From: the human T2T-CHM13v2.0 reference genome, Homo sapiens
Assembly (NCBI RefSeq): GCF_009914755.1
Contig: NC_060946.1
DNA: 64,000 nt
Reading direction: 5' to 3' (one strand)
Numbering within the stretch: position 1 is the first letter of the stretch; every line of letters starts with the position of its first letter. Shown here in pieces: positions 12,229 through 27,329 of the stretch. The notes beneath the pieces are model-generated. The model did not search any database, had not been told where the DNA came from, and saw only the letters and a list, made by a program, of their open reading frames with translations. The position numbers were made by a program, and so were the translations under genes.

Positions 12229-14495
12229 CCTCCTGTGGACTTAGGTGGGTGATCTTACTGAGAGCCCTGGGCCTCAGAATGACACTTCGGATCAGCCACA
12301 CTTGAATCCATCCTTTATGACTTCAGAAAATTCCCATAGCTTTCCAAAATCTCATCTCTTTCTGCACTGTAGGAAGAGCGTTCAAAAGGAGGCTTGTCAA
12401 GAAGTCAGGAGAGGCTGAATGCAGTGCTCCAGGCACAAAACCTGCTCAGCGGAGGAGCTCCACCAAGAGCAGGCTGGCTGCTACTGTTTTCCTTCCCTTT
12501 CCTCCTCTGATCCCTCTCAACCTTATCAGAGATGGAACTGCTCCTCCTGGCATTTTGTCCACTTTTTTCCATTCCTCCTCTTTCCAGTGGACCCCACACC
12601 AGCTATTTTTTATCCACATATTTCCTCTGGGCACATAAGCTTTTGCTCAAGTCATTCTTGGTATGATGGCTTGAAAATAGCAGAGGAGCAGAGTGCAGCG
12701 CCCTCCAGCTGCTGAAAGACTCTCCTTTCCCCCCAACTCCGCCCCCACCATCACAGCAGGTGTGCCTCCCAGTGTGATGACCCTGCGGGAGTCACGTGGT
12801 GTGGTCCACCCAGGCTCTCCGTGTGTATTTTCCTGGAGACCAGATTGACATGAGCTGAGAGTTGGGCTCTTCTTTCATGCGCAGGCTGTGACCTGGGATT
12901 TCTCTTTTCTGCAAGTGTGAGACAACAAAAGAAAGGCTCAAGGTATCATCAACAGCCATCTGAGCAGGTCCTGAAGAGGTCGGGCGCTCTGACCTCTCTC
13001 AGCAAGGATGCAGACATGTTTTCATAACTTTAACTGGCCACCCAGTTGCTTCAACGGCCGACCGGCTTTAAGAAAAGGTCTGTAAGGAGAAAATCATTTC
13101 TCCAGTTCTAGCAAAGTGAAGGCTTATTAGCAACGGTGCCGTCAGGTGATTTCCACACTGATATGCTTCAGTAGCAAGGGCACGGTCTTTAGGGAAAAAA
13201 AGCAGGAAAATTCCTTGAGCCAACGTGTCTACTCTTGACCACACTCACCTTGTGTGGAGTTAACAACTGGCCCCTGGGTTTCCTCCACTCCCTGGGACTC
13301 ACTTCCTGCTCTAGCCTGGTTGGTGGCACAAACCCCATCACCTCTCATTCTTAGTAGGAGCTGGCAGGTGAGTGCTGTCCTCCTCTTGTGTACAGGGGGG
13401 TCACCAAGGGCCTGGTGGGAGTGAAGGAGCCCGGTTGGAGAGGGAGACGAGGTGCCCCTGAAGCCACTGCGTTCAACCCCATAGCTGTGCATTTGGACTT
13501 AAATTCTCTCCTGCATCAACTCAGGACTCTGAATCCAGTACTCAAATAATGCTCACCCTGAGCAGCCGGTGTGTCTCTCCTGCCCACTTCCGTTCATGGG
13601 TAGATTCCCAACCTTGCTCCTTGGCACACCTTTCTGGTTGTCTTTTCTGACTCCCCACCTTCCATGCATGCCAAAGCACAGGAGACTCTGTTCCAAGCTG
13701 CCTGTCCTTAGCAGCCAGCTGGAGTCAGGGGCAGTTTGTGCATCTGTGAGCTGGACATAGGGATCCTTTCTGCCAGAGCTTTTGTCTCATCTCCCATAAA
13801 TTCATTTTTGCTTTAATGACATGGCTTCTTGCTCTCAACCTATGGCCCTCAGAACAAGTTTCCAATTTCCAATTACTTAGTCTTATGATTTTCAGACTGT
13901 GAAAGTTATACAACAGGACCTCATTTTTTAACCAATTACACTGCTAGAGCTGAAGATCATAACTTCATAAACATCTATAGTCATTTTAGTATAGCAAGAT
14001 ACTATAATGTAATAGATTTTTTAGTATAAAAATAAAATAGGCTACTATAATTTGTTTATTTTGAGGATAAACGATTCAATATAGGGTTTCAAAATATCTG
14101 TGTAATTATCTGAGCAGTGTTTTAATCCATATCAGAAAATTGATTTATTTTAGTTTATTACAAATGCTTAGCAAATGCTGGCTATTTAATAACTCTTTCC
14201 ACCCAAGATCAATATGATCTTTACAGCATAGGGATAACAGTATCATTTGAAAATAAATTTAAAGTAAAAATAATTTTACCGCAAGTATTATCAAAGTCTA
14301 AGTCAGTGAAATTGAGAATTAACCTTTAAAATAATGTCAAAAAGTCTCTGAATTCCCATTTTCTGATGATTGAGAAATATAATGTATTTCCTAAAACTAT
14401 GTACTTGTTACTAATTTTGTTAGATTTGAATGATTTTCTTTTCATAGAATAGTTTGTTTCTTACATTTTTCTTGTTTTACTTTTTCCTGGAATAA

Positions 14496-14819
<324 letters not shown>

Positions 14820-16809
14820 TAAACTTTTTATTTAGAACATTTGGAAGTTTCAAAAATGTTGTGAAGATGGTATAAAAAGTTTCCATGTACATGCCCAGTT
14901 TCCCCTATTATTAAATCACACATAGTTTAGTACATTTCTGAAAATGAATTGGTACATTGTTACCTAAAGTTCATACTTTAGTCAGATCTTAGTTCCTACC
15001 TACAGGATCCCATGGAGGATCTCGCCCAGGACACCACATGACATCCGGCTGCCGTGGCTCCTGAGGCTCCTCTGGTCTGTGACCGGGTCTCAGACTTTTC
15101 TCCTTTTTGTTGGCATCAGCAGTTGTAAGCCACGCATCCTGCAGAATCCTACTCCGTTGGGATGTATCTGATGCTTCCATTATTACACTGAGGTTTTGAG
15201 TGGGGCAAGACTAGACAAAGAGGTGAGGTTTCATTTTCATCACATCCCATCAAGACTACATTCTGTCAACATGACTTATCACTGAGGACATTGACCTTGG
15301 TCACCTGGATGATGTGTGCTTGCCAGGTGTCTCCACTGCGGTTCCCCTTTCCCACCATTCTCGTATTGTAATCTTCAGTAGGAAGTCACTGTGTGCAGCG
15401 TGTGCTTAGGGAAAATGGAGCTGCACATGTAGACATAGGTGACGGAGCATCTACATGAAGTCTTTGAGATTCTTCTGCATGCGAGATTCACCTCCGTTTC
15501 CCCTTGTATTTATTTATTCAATCATCTACTTATATCAGTATCGACTCACACATATTTATTTTATATGTTGGATTTTAATCCAATACTATTTAATTTTGTT
15601 GCTACAAATGTGTCAGCTTTGGCCATGGGGAGCTCTTTCAAAGGACTCTTGAATCCCTTTGATGTATCCCTATCACTGTGTCATTGTGTGTGTGTGAGTG
15701 TGTGTTTAGTGCTTCCTTACTTTCTGGCACTATAAGAAGCTCTAAGTACATCTTCTGTATATCAGTCCGAGAATCAGACATATTTCTTTGAGAAGTCCTG
15801 GTTCCTTTTATGGAGACTGGTACTGGAAACCAAGATCTAGACGCTGCGTATCCCATTGCTACTAGGGTGCCATCACTTCTGACAGAGCAAGGAAATGTGT
15901 GTTTATAAACATACCTATAAATATTCTTATATTTAACATCGCTATCAATATTAAGCGAAAAGAGAGTTGATATTGATCATGCCAACTCCAATCTGTTTCC
16001 ATGCGGGCCATTCTAGCCTCCTCCCCTTGCTTACCTCTAACCTCCTACTCCAACAGTGAAAAAACCCTTACTTAAATGTTCAATTACAGTACACATAGAC
16101 AGTGGTTTCAGAGTTGTTATGTCATGTTCTGTGAGAAGCAACTGTGTCAACTAAAGCACAGTGCTGTGCACAGCTTCTTTTGTCTCTAGTGTCACTGACC
16201 ACTGACTTCCAAAGTTACATGCATCAGCTTCTTTCTCTGACATCCTCTTCCATGAGGCTGCATTATACATTTTAGTGCAGTTAGATTATTGTGTCACATT
16301 CTTCATTCCATCCCATTATTTCCTTGAGCTCCTTAGGGATATTTTTTTAAAATTATATATATACACATAACTATATATATACTATATATAATCCTCAATC
16401 TCGCTTCCTGAATCTGTGGCAATCACTGATATATTTACTATCTTCATAGTTTTATCTTTGCTTAAATGCCACATAATTGAAGTCACACAATATGGATCCT
16501 TTTTAAACTGACTTTTATTCAGCAATATGCATCTGAGATGTATATGTCTTTTTGCAGCTTAAGAGTCCATCTTCTATGCTATTGCTAATAATATGGTATC
16601 GAATAGATGAATTGTATTTTGCCCGTCACTTCACCTATTGAAGGCCATCTTATTTGCTTCCAGTTTTTGGTGGTTGTAAATATGGCTGCAGTAAACACTT
16701 GCATGAGTATTTCTTGTTTGTTTGTTTGTAGAAATAAATTTTCAAATCAGTTGGGTAAATATCAGGAGCATATTTGCTGGATCAGACGGTAAGATTGTGT
16801 TTAGTTTTG

Positions 16810-16877
16810 GAAGAAACTTCCAAACTGTCTTCCAAAGTGGCTCGAAGAAACTTCCAAACTGTCTTCCAAAGTGGCTC
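16810..16877. repeat. Perfect 34-bp tandem duplication inside L1
   Basis: gaagaaacttccaaactgtcttccaaagtggctc x2. Confidence 0.95.
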
Positions 16878-18860
16878 CATCATTTTACATTGTAACTAGC
16901 ACAATTACTCACATTAATGTGTGAGTTTGTGTTACTCCCATCTTTGCCCGCAATGGGTATTGTCCTTTTTTTAAAATTTTAGCCATTCTGATATAAATGT
17001 GTCGTGGTTCACATTGTTGTTTTAGTTTGCAGCTTTCTAATGATAGATGGTCTAGGGCATCTTTTTCTTTGCTTATTTGCCGTGGCCCAATTTATTTCAT
17101 GATGTGTCTGCTTAGATGTTTTACCGATTTTTGAATTGGGTTTCTTGTTTTCTTATTGCTGAGTTCGAAGCATATTTTATACAAATTTTGGTACACATCC
17201 TTTATCAAATTGTGTTTTGCAAATATTTTCTCCTAGTCTGTGGCTTCTCTTAACATTGGGTTTAATAAAGTAGAAGTTTTCAGTTTTAATAAGATCCAAC
17301 TTATTATTTTTTTCTAAATTGTGTTTTTTGGTGTTGTATCTAAAAACACATCACCAAACGCAAGGTCTCATATAATTTTCCTAGGCCCGTTTCTCCTCCT
17401 CCTCCTCTTCCATGTCTTTCTATGTATTTTTCTTCTTCCTATGTCTAGAGTTTTGAATTTTACACTTAGATCTATCATCCTTTTTTAGTTAATTTTTGTG
17501 AAAGTTTTAAAGTCTGTGTCTAAGTTTATTTTATTTTAATATGGACTTCCAATTGTTACAGCACAATTAGTTGAAGAGATGATCTTTTCTATATTAAATT
17601 GCCTTTGCTCTTTTGTCAAAGATCAATTGACTATATTTCTGTGAACTCTTTGTTCTATTCCATTGATCGAGGAGTCTATTCTTTTGCCAATAAAACACTT
17701 TTTTTTGATTATTGTAGCTTTAAAGTAAGTTTTGAAATCAAGTAGAAGCCCTCCAACTTTGTTCTTCAGTATTGTATTGACGATTATATCCCTTTTTCCT
17801 TTCCATATAAACTTTATCAGTTTGTCAACATCTACAAAATAATTTCCTGGGATTTTGATAAGGATTGTGTTGAATCTTTAGGTCAATTTGAGAAAAATTG
17901 TTATCTTAACAACATTGAGTCTTGCAATCCACGAACACAAAGTATTTATTCCTTTATTTAGATAATTGATTTATTCATCTGTGTTATGTAGTTTTTCTCA
18001 TACAGATCCTATATATATTTTGTGAGTTATATACTTATATATTTCTATTTAACTATATATTGGGCTATTGTAAATGCTATTATTTTAAAATTTCAAATTA
18101 CAGCTGTTTATTGTTGGTATATTGGAAAGCAACTGACTTTTGTGTATTAGTCTTTTATCCTGTGGCCTTGCTATAATTGCTTATTAGTTCCAAGAGTATT
18201 TTTGTTTATTCTTTCGGATTTTCTACATGAATAATGTCATGTCATCTGTGAATAAAGGCAGTTTTATGTTTTCCTTTCAAATGTATATACTCACTTTTTA
18301 TTTCCTTTTCTCATCTTACTGCACTAGCTAGGATTTTCAGGATGATGTTGAATAAGAGTGTAAAGAGAAGACATTCTCTTATTTTTGCCTTATTTCCAAT
18401 CATATGGAGAAAGCATTCAATTTCTCACCACTGTGTCATATTAGCCAAAATTTTTAAAAAATATGTTCTTTATTAAGTTGAGGAAGTTCTCTCTATTCCT
18501 AGTTTGCTGAGAGTTTTTGTCATGAAAGGATGTGGGAATTTGTCAAGTTTAGCACTAATAAATATCACATGAATTTTCTTGTATAGACAGTTGATATAAT
18601 CAGTTGCACTGACTGATTTTTAAATGTTGACACAGTCTTGCATACCTGGGATAAATCCCACTCAGTCACATTGCACAATTATTTTATGCATTGTTGAATT
18701 TGCCTTGCTACTATTTTGTTAAGTAGTTTGGTTATAAGAGATTTTGCTCTGCAGTTTTTCTTGTTACATCTTTTTCTGGTTTTGATATTACTGTAAGACT
18801 GGCCTCAGAGAATTAATTAAGAGTTCTTCCCTCTGTTCTGGAAGAGTAATATTTTGTAGC

Positions 18861-19267
18861 CATATTAGTTCATTCTCACATTGTTATAAAGAAATACCAA
18901 GATGGGATAATTTATAATTTATACCAATAAGAAAATAAGTTTAATTGGCTCATGGTTCTGCAGGTTGTACAGGAAGCATGGCAGCATCTGCTTCTCAGGA
19001 GACCTCAGGAAACTTCCAGTCATGGCAGAAAGCAAAGAGAGAGCAGGCTTGTCACATGGCAAAAGCAGGAGCAAGAGAAAGCGAGACCAGATCTCATGAG
19101 AACTCACTCACTCACTATCAGGAGGACAGTACCTAGAGGGATGGTGTTAAACTATTCGTGAAAAATCTGCCCCCATGATCCAATCACCTCCCACCAGGCT
19201 CCACCTCCAACACTGGAGATTATATTTCAGTATGAGATTTGGGTGGGGACATACATCGACTATGTCA
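18861..19267 (-). mobile_element. MSTA-type MaLR solo LTR
   Basis: 'tattagttcattctcacattgttataaagaaatacc', 'gctcatggttctgcaggttgtacaggaagcatgg', 'ccatgatccaatcacctcccaccagg'; 5-bp TSD-like gtagc/gtaga. Confidence 0.9.
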
Positions 19268-20851
19268 GTAGATAATTGGTATCATGGCTTCCTTAAAGGT
19301 TTTTGGTAGAATTCACCAATGCCATCATCTGGGCTTTGTTTCTTGTCATTGCTGTTGTCATTGTTGTTGAAAGGTTGTTCATTATTGATTTAATTTATTT
19401 ATTAGCTATTTACCTATTCAAATGATATAATTCTCATTGTATGGGTTTTGATGGTTTGTGTCTTTCAAGAAATCAGTTCACTTTATCTAAAAGATCAGAT
19501 GTGTGGAGTTGGAGTTTTTTATATCTGCTTTGTTTCCATTTTAATGTCCCTGGATTCAGTAGCGATGACCACTATTTCTTCTATGACACCTGCAATTTGT
19601 GTCTTCTCTTTTCATTGGTTAGCCTGCTTAGAAGTTTATCAATTTTACAAAACTTTTCCAAGAACCACCTTTTAATTTTATTGATTTTCTCTATTGCTTT
19701 TCTGGTTCAATTTCATTGACTTCTTGTTTAAAATTTAAAATTATTTCTTTTCTTGTTCTTGCTTTATAGGCTTCAGTTGTAGTCCTTTCTCTAGCTTCTT
19801 CACGTTGGAGCTTAGATTATTGATTTTAGATCTTTCTTAATTTCTATGATATGTATTTAATCCTATGCATTTCCTTTTAATCACTGATTTTACTGTATCC
19901 CACAAGTTTTGATGTTATCTTATTTTTATTTAGTTCAAAATTGTTTTAAAGTTTGTTTATAATTTCTTTGGCTTATGTGTTCTTTAGAAGAGTATTATTT
20001 AATCTTCAAATATTTCAGCATCTTTCAGCTATCTTTCTGCTGGTGGTTTCCAGTGTAAGCCCTTTGTTTTCTGAGAACATATTTTGTATGATTCCTAGCC
20101 TTTGAGGTGTATTCATGGCCTGGGATGTGGCCTATCTTTCCGAGTATTGAATGTGAACTTGAAGGGAATGTGTATTCTGCCATTGTTGGATGAAGTGTTC
20201 TATAAATGTCAATGAGATCTAGTAGATTAATAGTGCTGCTCAGGTCAACTCTACCTTTAATGATTTTCTGCTTGCTTGATCTATCAATTGCTGACAGAGG
20301 GTTGTTGAAGTCTTCCAATGTAATAGAGGATTTGTCCATTTCTTCTTCCCTTTTCTTTCCCTGAAGTATTTTGACACTCTGTCTTTAGGTACACACACTT
20401 TTAAGATTGTTATGTCTTCTTGAAGAATTGATGCTTTTATCATTATGCAATATTTCTTTATCACTGATAATTTTTGGTTGTTTGTTTAGAAGTTTGCTTT
20501 TGAGATTCATAAAGTGACTACAGACAGCTTTCTTTTAGTTAGTATTAACATGGTATAGCTTTCTCTATCCCTTTTCTTTTAAGCTAGCTGAGTCTTTATG
20601 TGTAAAGTTGGTCTCTTGTAATAACATGTACTTGGGTCTTGGGTTTTTTTAATCCACTCTGACAATCTCTGTATTTCAATTGGTATATTAAGACTATTCA
20701 CATTTAAAGTGATTTTTATATAATTTTATTAATATTTACTATGTTTGTGATGTTTGCGTTTTACTTACACTTGTTCTTTGTTTCTTTTTAAAGAAATTTC
20801 TCTTTTTGCCTTCTGTGCTTTGAACTGAGCATTTTATAAGATTCTATTTTA

Positions 20852-21160
20852 GGCTTGGTTCGGTGTCTTATGCCTGTAATCCTAACACTATGGGAGGCCA
20901 AAGTGGGTGGATTACCTGAGGTCAGGAGTTTGAGACCAGCCTTGCCAACATGGTGAAACCCTGTCTCTACTAAAAATATAAAAAATTAGCTGGATGCAGT
21001 GGCACACATCTGTAATCCCAGCAACTCAGGAGACTGAGGCATGAGAATTGCTTGAACCCAGGAGGCGGGAGGTTGTAGTGAGCTGAGATCGCACCGCTGC
21101 ACTCCAGCCTGGGTGACAGAGTGAGACTCTGCCTCAAAATAATAGTAATAATAAAAATAA
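20852..21160 (+). mobile_element. AluS
   Basis: Dimeric Alu inserted in L1. Confidence 0.93.
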
Positions 21161-21534
21161 TCCATTTTATCTCCTCTCTCAGTTTATCTATTATACTCCT
21201 TTAAAAATACATTTTTTTTCCAGTCTGGCTGCTCTAAAGTATTCAATACACATTTTTAACTAACCCAAGTCTGCCTTCAAATAACACTACACTGCTTCTT
21301 GTGTAGTGCAGGTTCTTAGAATATTCTCAATTCCTCCCTTCCATTTCTTTTGCCATTTTACTATTCCATATACTATAATAATCTAATAAATGGTTGCTGT
21401 TACTTTGAACAGTTATTTATTGAATCAATTAAGAATAAAAAATAAAAATTCTATTTTACCTTCATTTATCCCTTCTCCAATGTTCTTTCTTTCTTTATGG
21501 AGTCTGAATTTCTGGCCTATATTATTTTCTGTCT

Positions 21535-21801
21535 CCATGTACTTACTGGCACAAATAGGGCAGCCTCCAGGGCTCCAGAGGAGAGCTGCTCATATTCATC
21601 TGACACCATGTGGCCACAGAGTAGAAACTCATCCACTTTTGCCTTCTTCCAACCCAGGTCAAAGAGGCGAATCTTGGCATTAGGGAAACCTTGGCAGAAG
21701 TAAGAATGGGTATGGCTTCTTCTTACAATACTGGTAACACTGGGTGGGGCGGCGGCCCATGGTGACAACAGGATCTTTGGTGGTGCGTGGAAGGGAAAGA
21801 G
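21535..21801 (-). pseudogene. RPL10: Processed RPL10 (uL16) pseudogene fragment, 5' portion only
   Basis: Minus strand begins ctctttcccttc (5' TOP tract); ATG at 21760 gives [18 protein letters not shown], then a frameshift to [49 protein letters not shown], matching RPL10 N-terminus [68 protein letters not shown]; no introns; two frameshifts. Confidence 0.95.
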
Positions 21802-22172
21802 ACTAGAGTTGGGTCTTTAAAATGTCAATACTTTAATATTGGAAAGATTTCACTCCACTGTCCTTCCAAGTCTGCTGAATTCTTATTCCTGCTCTCATAT
21901 AGGGGAGGTGCTATGCTTTTTTCTGGCTTCTTTCAAGTTCTTCTCTTTGTCTTTGGTTTGCTGATGTTTGAATATAATATGGATGTGATATACCTAGATG
22001 TAATTAAAAAAAAATCCTACTTGCTGTTCAGAGAGCTTCCTGGATCTGTGTTTAGGAGTCTGTCATTAATTTTGGGAAGTTCTCAGCCATTATGACTTCA
22101 GATACATATTCATTTCTGCTCTGTTATCTTTTTTCCCTCTTCTGATAGTCCAATCACACATGTATGTTACTT

Positions 22173-22527
22173 TGCTATGTCCTTAATTTTGGGGTTACCC
22201 CGCAAATTCACGTGTTGAAACCTAATCCTCCAATATGATTTGATTTGAGGTAGGTCCTTTGGAAGATGAGGATGAAGCTCTTGTGAATGGAATTCGTGAC
22301 CTTATAGAAGAAGCCCAAGAGAGCTGCCTTGTCCTTTTTACCACGTGAGGACACAGCAAGAAGGTGCTGTCTGTGAACCAGGAAGCAAGCTCTCACTAGA
22401 TTTGGAATCTGCCGATGCCTCCGTCTTGGACTTCCCAGCCTCTGGGACGGTAAGAAATAGATTTCTGTTGTTTCTAAGCTGCCCAGTTGATGATATTTTG
22501 TTATAGCAGCCCTCACAGACTAAGACA
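22173..22527 (+). mobile_element. MLT1A-type MaLR solo LTR
   Basis: tgctatg..'aaattcacgtgttgaaacctaat'..'ccacgtgaggacacagcaagaagg'..'ttatagcagcc..gactaagaca'. Confidence 0.9.
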
Positions 22528-22585
22528 CACCTTTTGAAACTGTCATGTGGTTCTGGGATGTTCTGTTTTCCTTTTTGTCTTCTGA

Positions 22586-23026
<441 letters not shown>

Positions 23027-25179
23027 TAAATTTCCCATCTCTCTGCTTACATTACCCATCTGTTAATGCATGTCTGTCTTTTCCATTAGAGCCTTTACTT
23101 TACAATTATAGTCAAATTTCTTGTCTTCGAATTCCAAAATCAGTGTCCTATCTGACTCTGATTCTGATGCTTGATTTGTCTTCAGACTGTGTTTCTTGAC
23201 AATAGGCAAAATAGTTTTATAATTGTTTGTTGAAAGTGGGATGTGCTGATTGATTAATAGGAGCTGAATCAATAGGACTTCTATCTGAGCTTTTGTGTTG
23301 ATCTGGGTTGGAGTTTGTCTGTATGTAATATTCACTGGAACTCCAGGTGCCAGAGTCTTCAAATTTTTCTGCTGTCTTTGTTTTTCTCTTCCTCTAGAGC
23401 AGAGACTTCCTTACATACTCTCCTTCAGAGACAGCCTCTGTCTTGAAGCTCTTTCTGCTGTAATGCCCTGATATTATACTGGAGCCCTGCTCGTGTAGAA
23501 GAGAAGCATTGTGTAACTTTACAATTAAATCTCAGGCTTTTAGTGGATCCATTTCTCTGGGGCGTGGCCTTTCTCAAGGCTGGAGGAGGCTGGAATTGGG
23601 GAATTTCTTTCTGCTCACATCGGAGAAGGCTTTGAGAGTCTTCCTGGCTGGATTGCAGTCCTGGTCATGGAGCATGCTCTGGGCACATTTCACAAGAGCT
23701 CCTCTCTCCCATGCCATAGATGTGTGGGGACCCACCTTGGATCTGCACCCCAAGAACCCGGGGGGCTCCGTGGACGTGATGCTCATGAAAGCGTGCAATT
23801 CCTAAGACAGTGGCCCTGAGGAGTCTCTCATTCTCACACTCGTCCTCAATCTGCCTTCAGCAGTTTGTCGAAATGTCCGTTGAGGTACCCCCACCAGTGT
23901 GTAGCTGCTGTGGCGTCTGTTCCAAGTCAGCTCGTGGTGCTTTTGGCTCCCAGGATTGAGCCATCACTCCAGATCTCAGGGAGGTGGTTTGCCCTGTGAC
24001 CTGCACTCTCCGAGGCCCCTAAGAAAAGTTACTCATTTTCAGTACGGTTCCGTTTTTTTTTCTTCTCATAGGGGAAGGAGTGACAGCTTCCAAACTGTTG
24101 ATCTGTCAGTGCTGAAACCAGCAGGTCCCTTCAGCGAGGGCCAAATGAGGTCAGTTCTCTGAAAAGATTTTGGAAATGGTGTACTGGAATGAAAGTCAAT
24201 AATTATGACTTGACTTATTGATTTTTTAATGAAAATGTAAAGATGTATCTGTAGTCATCTCTTAACAACATGCAAGATGCACCTCCCATCCCTGAAGCAC
24301 TCCTCTTTTCCATTTCTTCTCAGCGGAACTCTCCAGGATACGTCTGATTTATATGATGCCCTCTCTGGGTCAGCAGCTTCAGTCATGAAAACCTGCAAAA
24401 CTGAAGCGCCCTTTGGCCAGCTGCTGGTTCTGCGACATCACAGGGAGTCTGGCATCCACACACCAATTCTAGGCAAGGAAGCAAAGGAGCTTGCTCTTCA
24501 GCTTCTGTGGGCCCATTTGTGAGTTTGAGCGGGTGCAGCCTCTCCTTGAAACAGAGGCCAGGTCCATGGCATGAGTCTTTTGTTCAGACCAATGCCCCAC
24601 TGGAGGGTCTGGGAGCTGCCGAGCCAGATTCCTGGGTGTGCCTGGGTGCTGTACCCGAAACTGCAGGGCCTGGGGCACCTGCCCTGCTCTCATTGTTACT
24701 AGCTCGTTTATTCTCAGTGGAGGGTTGTAATTTAATTCCTGTAGTTCTGCAGTACATGGAGTTGGGAATTATATCCTTCCTCTGTGTTTTCATTACACTG
24801 ACCTTCCTGCTTCATTGCTCCTGAGACGGGAACCTCACCTGCCTGGCCTTTGTCTCCTTCTTCCCCAGAACCTCCCGAGACCTCTCATCTGCTGATTTGA
24901 CATGAAACCCCCTGCCCACCCCAGCTTGGCCCCAGCAGATGTCTGGGCAGAGCCGTTACCCAGACCTCTGATTTTTCCCAGGCTGTTTGCCCCTGAAGGT
25001 TCTTTTTTCTCTACTCACCACCCCGACCCTGGCGGCTGGCTCAGGTCAGCCACAGGAACAGCCATATCTTTCCTGCAGCCTCACAACAGCTTCAGTGCCT
25101 TTCTGGTCCCACAATCTTACCCGTGTCTTATTGCCCCATCCTCTCCCACCTTGGCTGCAGCTTGCAGAAGAGAGACCTG

Positions 25180-25380
25180 GTTAGGAGTCAGGCAAACCCT
25201 GGCTCCCAGCTGCTTCTGATGTGACTTTAGTGAAGTGGCTAGACCTCTCTGAACCCTAAATTCCTAATCCCCAAATCCAAGATCTCTACAGTTGAGGATG
25301 ATATGACTTCACAGGGCTGTCATGAGGACTAGATCCAACGGACGGAAGCCTTGCTGCATGGTCGGTGTGTGCATCGATAA
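25180..25380 (+). mobile_element. MIR SINE
   Basis: 'ggagtcaggcaaacc..tgtgactttagtgaagtggctagacctctctgaacc..ttcacagggctgtcatgaggactaga'. Confidence 0.65.
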
Positions 25381-25617
25381 AGGTGGCTCAGGCCAGCTCC
25401 CTCCCCCACGCCTGGCTCAGCGCATATTTTGCCTCGGAGTGTCCAGCCTTTACTCTCTCCTCTCGTGTGAGCTGGAACTGTCCCAGCAAGTGATGAGCAA
25501 GTTCAGCGCTCTGCCTACCTGTGTGGATTCTGAGTAGCATGGCACACCCGCTCCCCACCCACACGTGTGGCTCACTCTGGGCATAGGGAGACTCGGGCAA
25601 CCTGGTCCCTGGTCTGA

Positions 25618-26217
<600 letters not shown>

Positions 26218-27329
26218 TCAGCCACTTTATTCTAATACATATCTCCTAGAAAGTCCCATGGGTCTTTGAAGGAAGACATTGTGTATCAGTTGCTGAGACA
26301 CCAGGCTTCCTCTTTCTCTCTTCCCTCACTCTCAGATACCTATATTTTCCCTCCTTCTTAGGTCATTTCGCAGGAATAATGCCTGTGTGGAATCCTCTTT
26401 GAAAAACACTGGCTTCAATTCCTGGGATACCATGGCGAAGTTCAATGTATACCTACATGCTCCCCAGCCAGGGAGGTTGTGACTCTGCAGGGTTGTGAGG
26501 CTCAGGCTGGGGCCAGTGCCTGCTCACCTTCCTCTTGGTTCCCTAAGAAGCCTCCCGTCAACCTGCAGCCTGATGTGGGAATGGCACTGACCAATGGCTG
26601 GATGGGGAGGAAGAAATGGTGGCTGTCCTCATGGAGGACTCAGTGTGGAGTTGGAGGTGTCAGGAGAGGGGTCCTCGGCAAGGGATTCCATGACTCCCAT
26701 GGCACAGCGTCTTCTCCTGCACACGGCTTCTTGTCAGCACACGTCTAATGCCTCCTTGTTTCCAAAGTACCTTGTATAGTGTCTGTTATGGTGTAAGCAT
26801 TTAGCAAATGTTCAATGAAAGAATAGAAATCATATCTTGGAATTTTGAGAAATACTGTCTTGGGAACGATAGTGAGCAGATAGTATAATTAAAACCAGAT
26901 GCCAAGGAGATTTTCTAACTGTCTCAGGGCATGACATTCCCATCATTTATTTGGTAAAAATTACTCTCTGCTCCATCTTGAAGCCAGCTCTTTCCTGGCA
27001 CTGGAAACGCAATCTAAATAGCGTTTAATTCCAGGGAAGCTTTTATCAATTCCTGCTCATGTTCCAACTTGACTTCAGGCCAACCTGGATTGGCCCAATT
27101 TGCTGCAAGTCTGTCTCGGCTCAAGGCAGCCTCGTGGGGCAGTTGGGATTCTTGCTGCCTTCACAAGCCACAGCCAGAACATGGAATAGGCAACCTCACA
27201 GCACCGTTTTGATGTGAGCTGCTGGATACCAGACCAGGCTCCTTCCCTTGTGTCTGCTTTACCTGTAGGTCTACCTCCAAGGGTGGAGGCTGGGACCCTA
27301 CTTGGAAGGCAGGAACACCTGTCCAGCTG

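Noticed and set aside
12690-12712. CTCF-like motif cagcgccctccagctg
   Set aside because: Mismatches at core positions; cannot be supported without a PWM scan or ChIP data
20025-20464. Endonuclease-like peptides
   Set aside because: Decayed L1 ORF2 with stops and frameshifts; not an active element or gene
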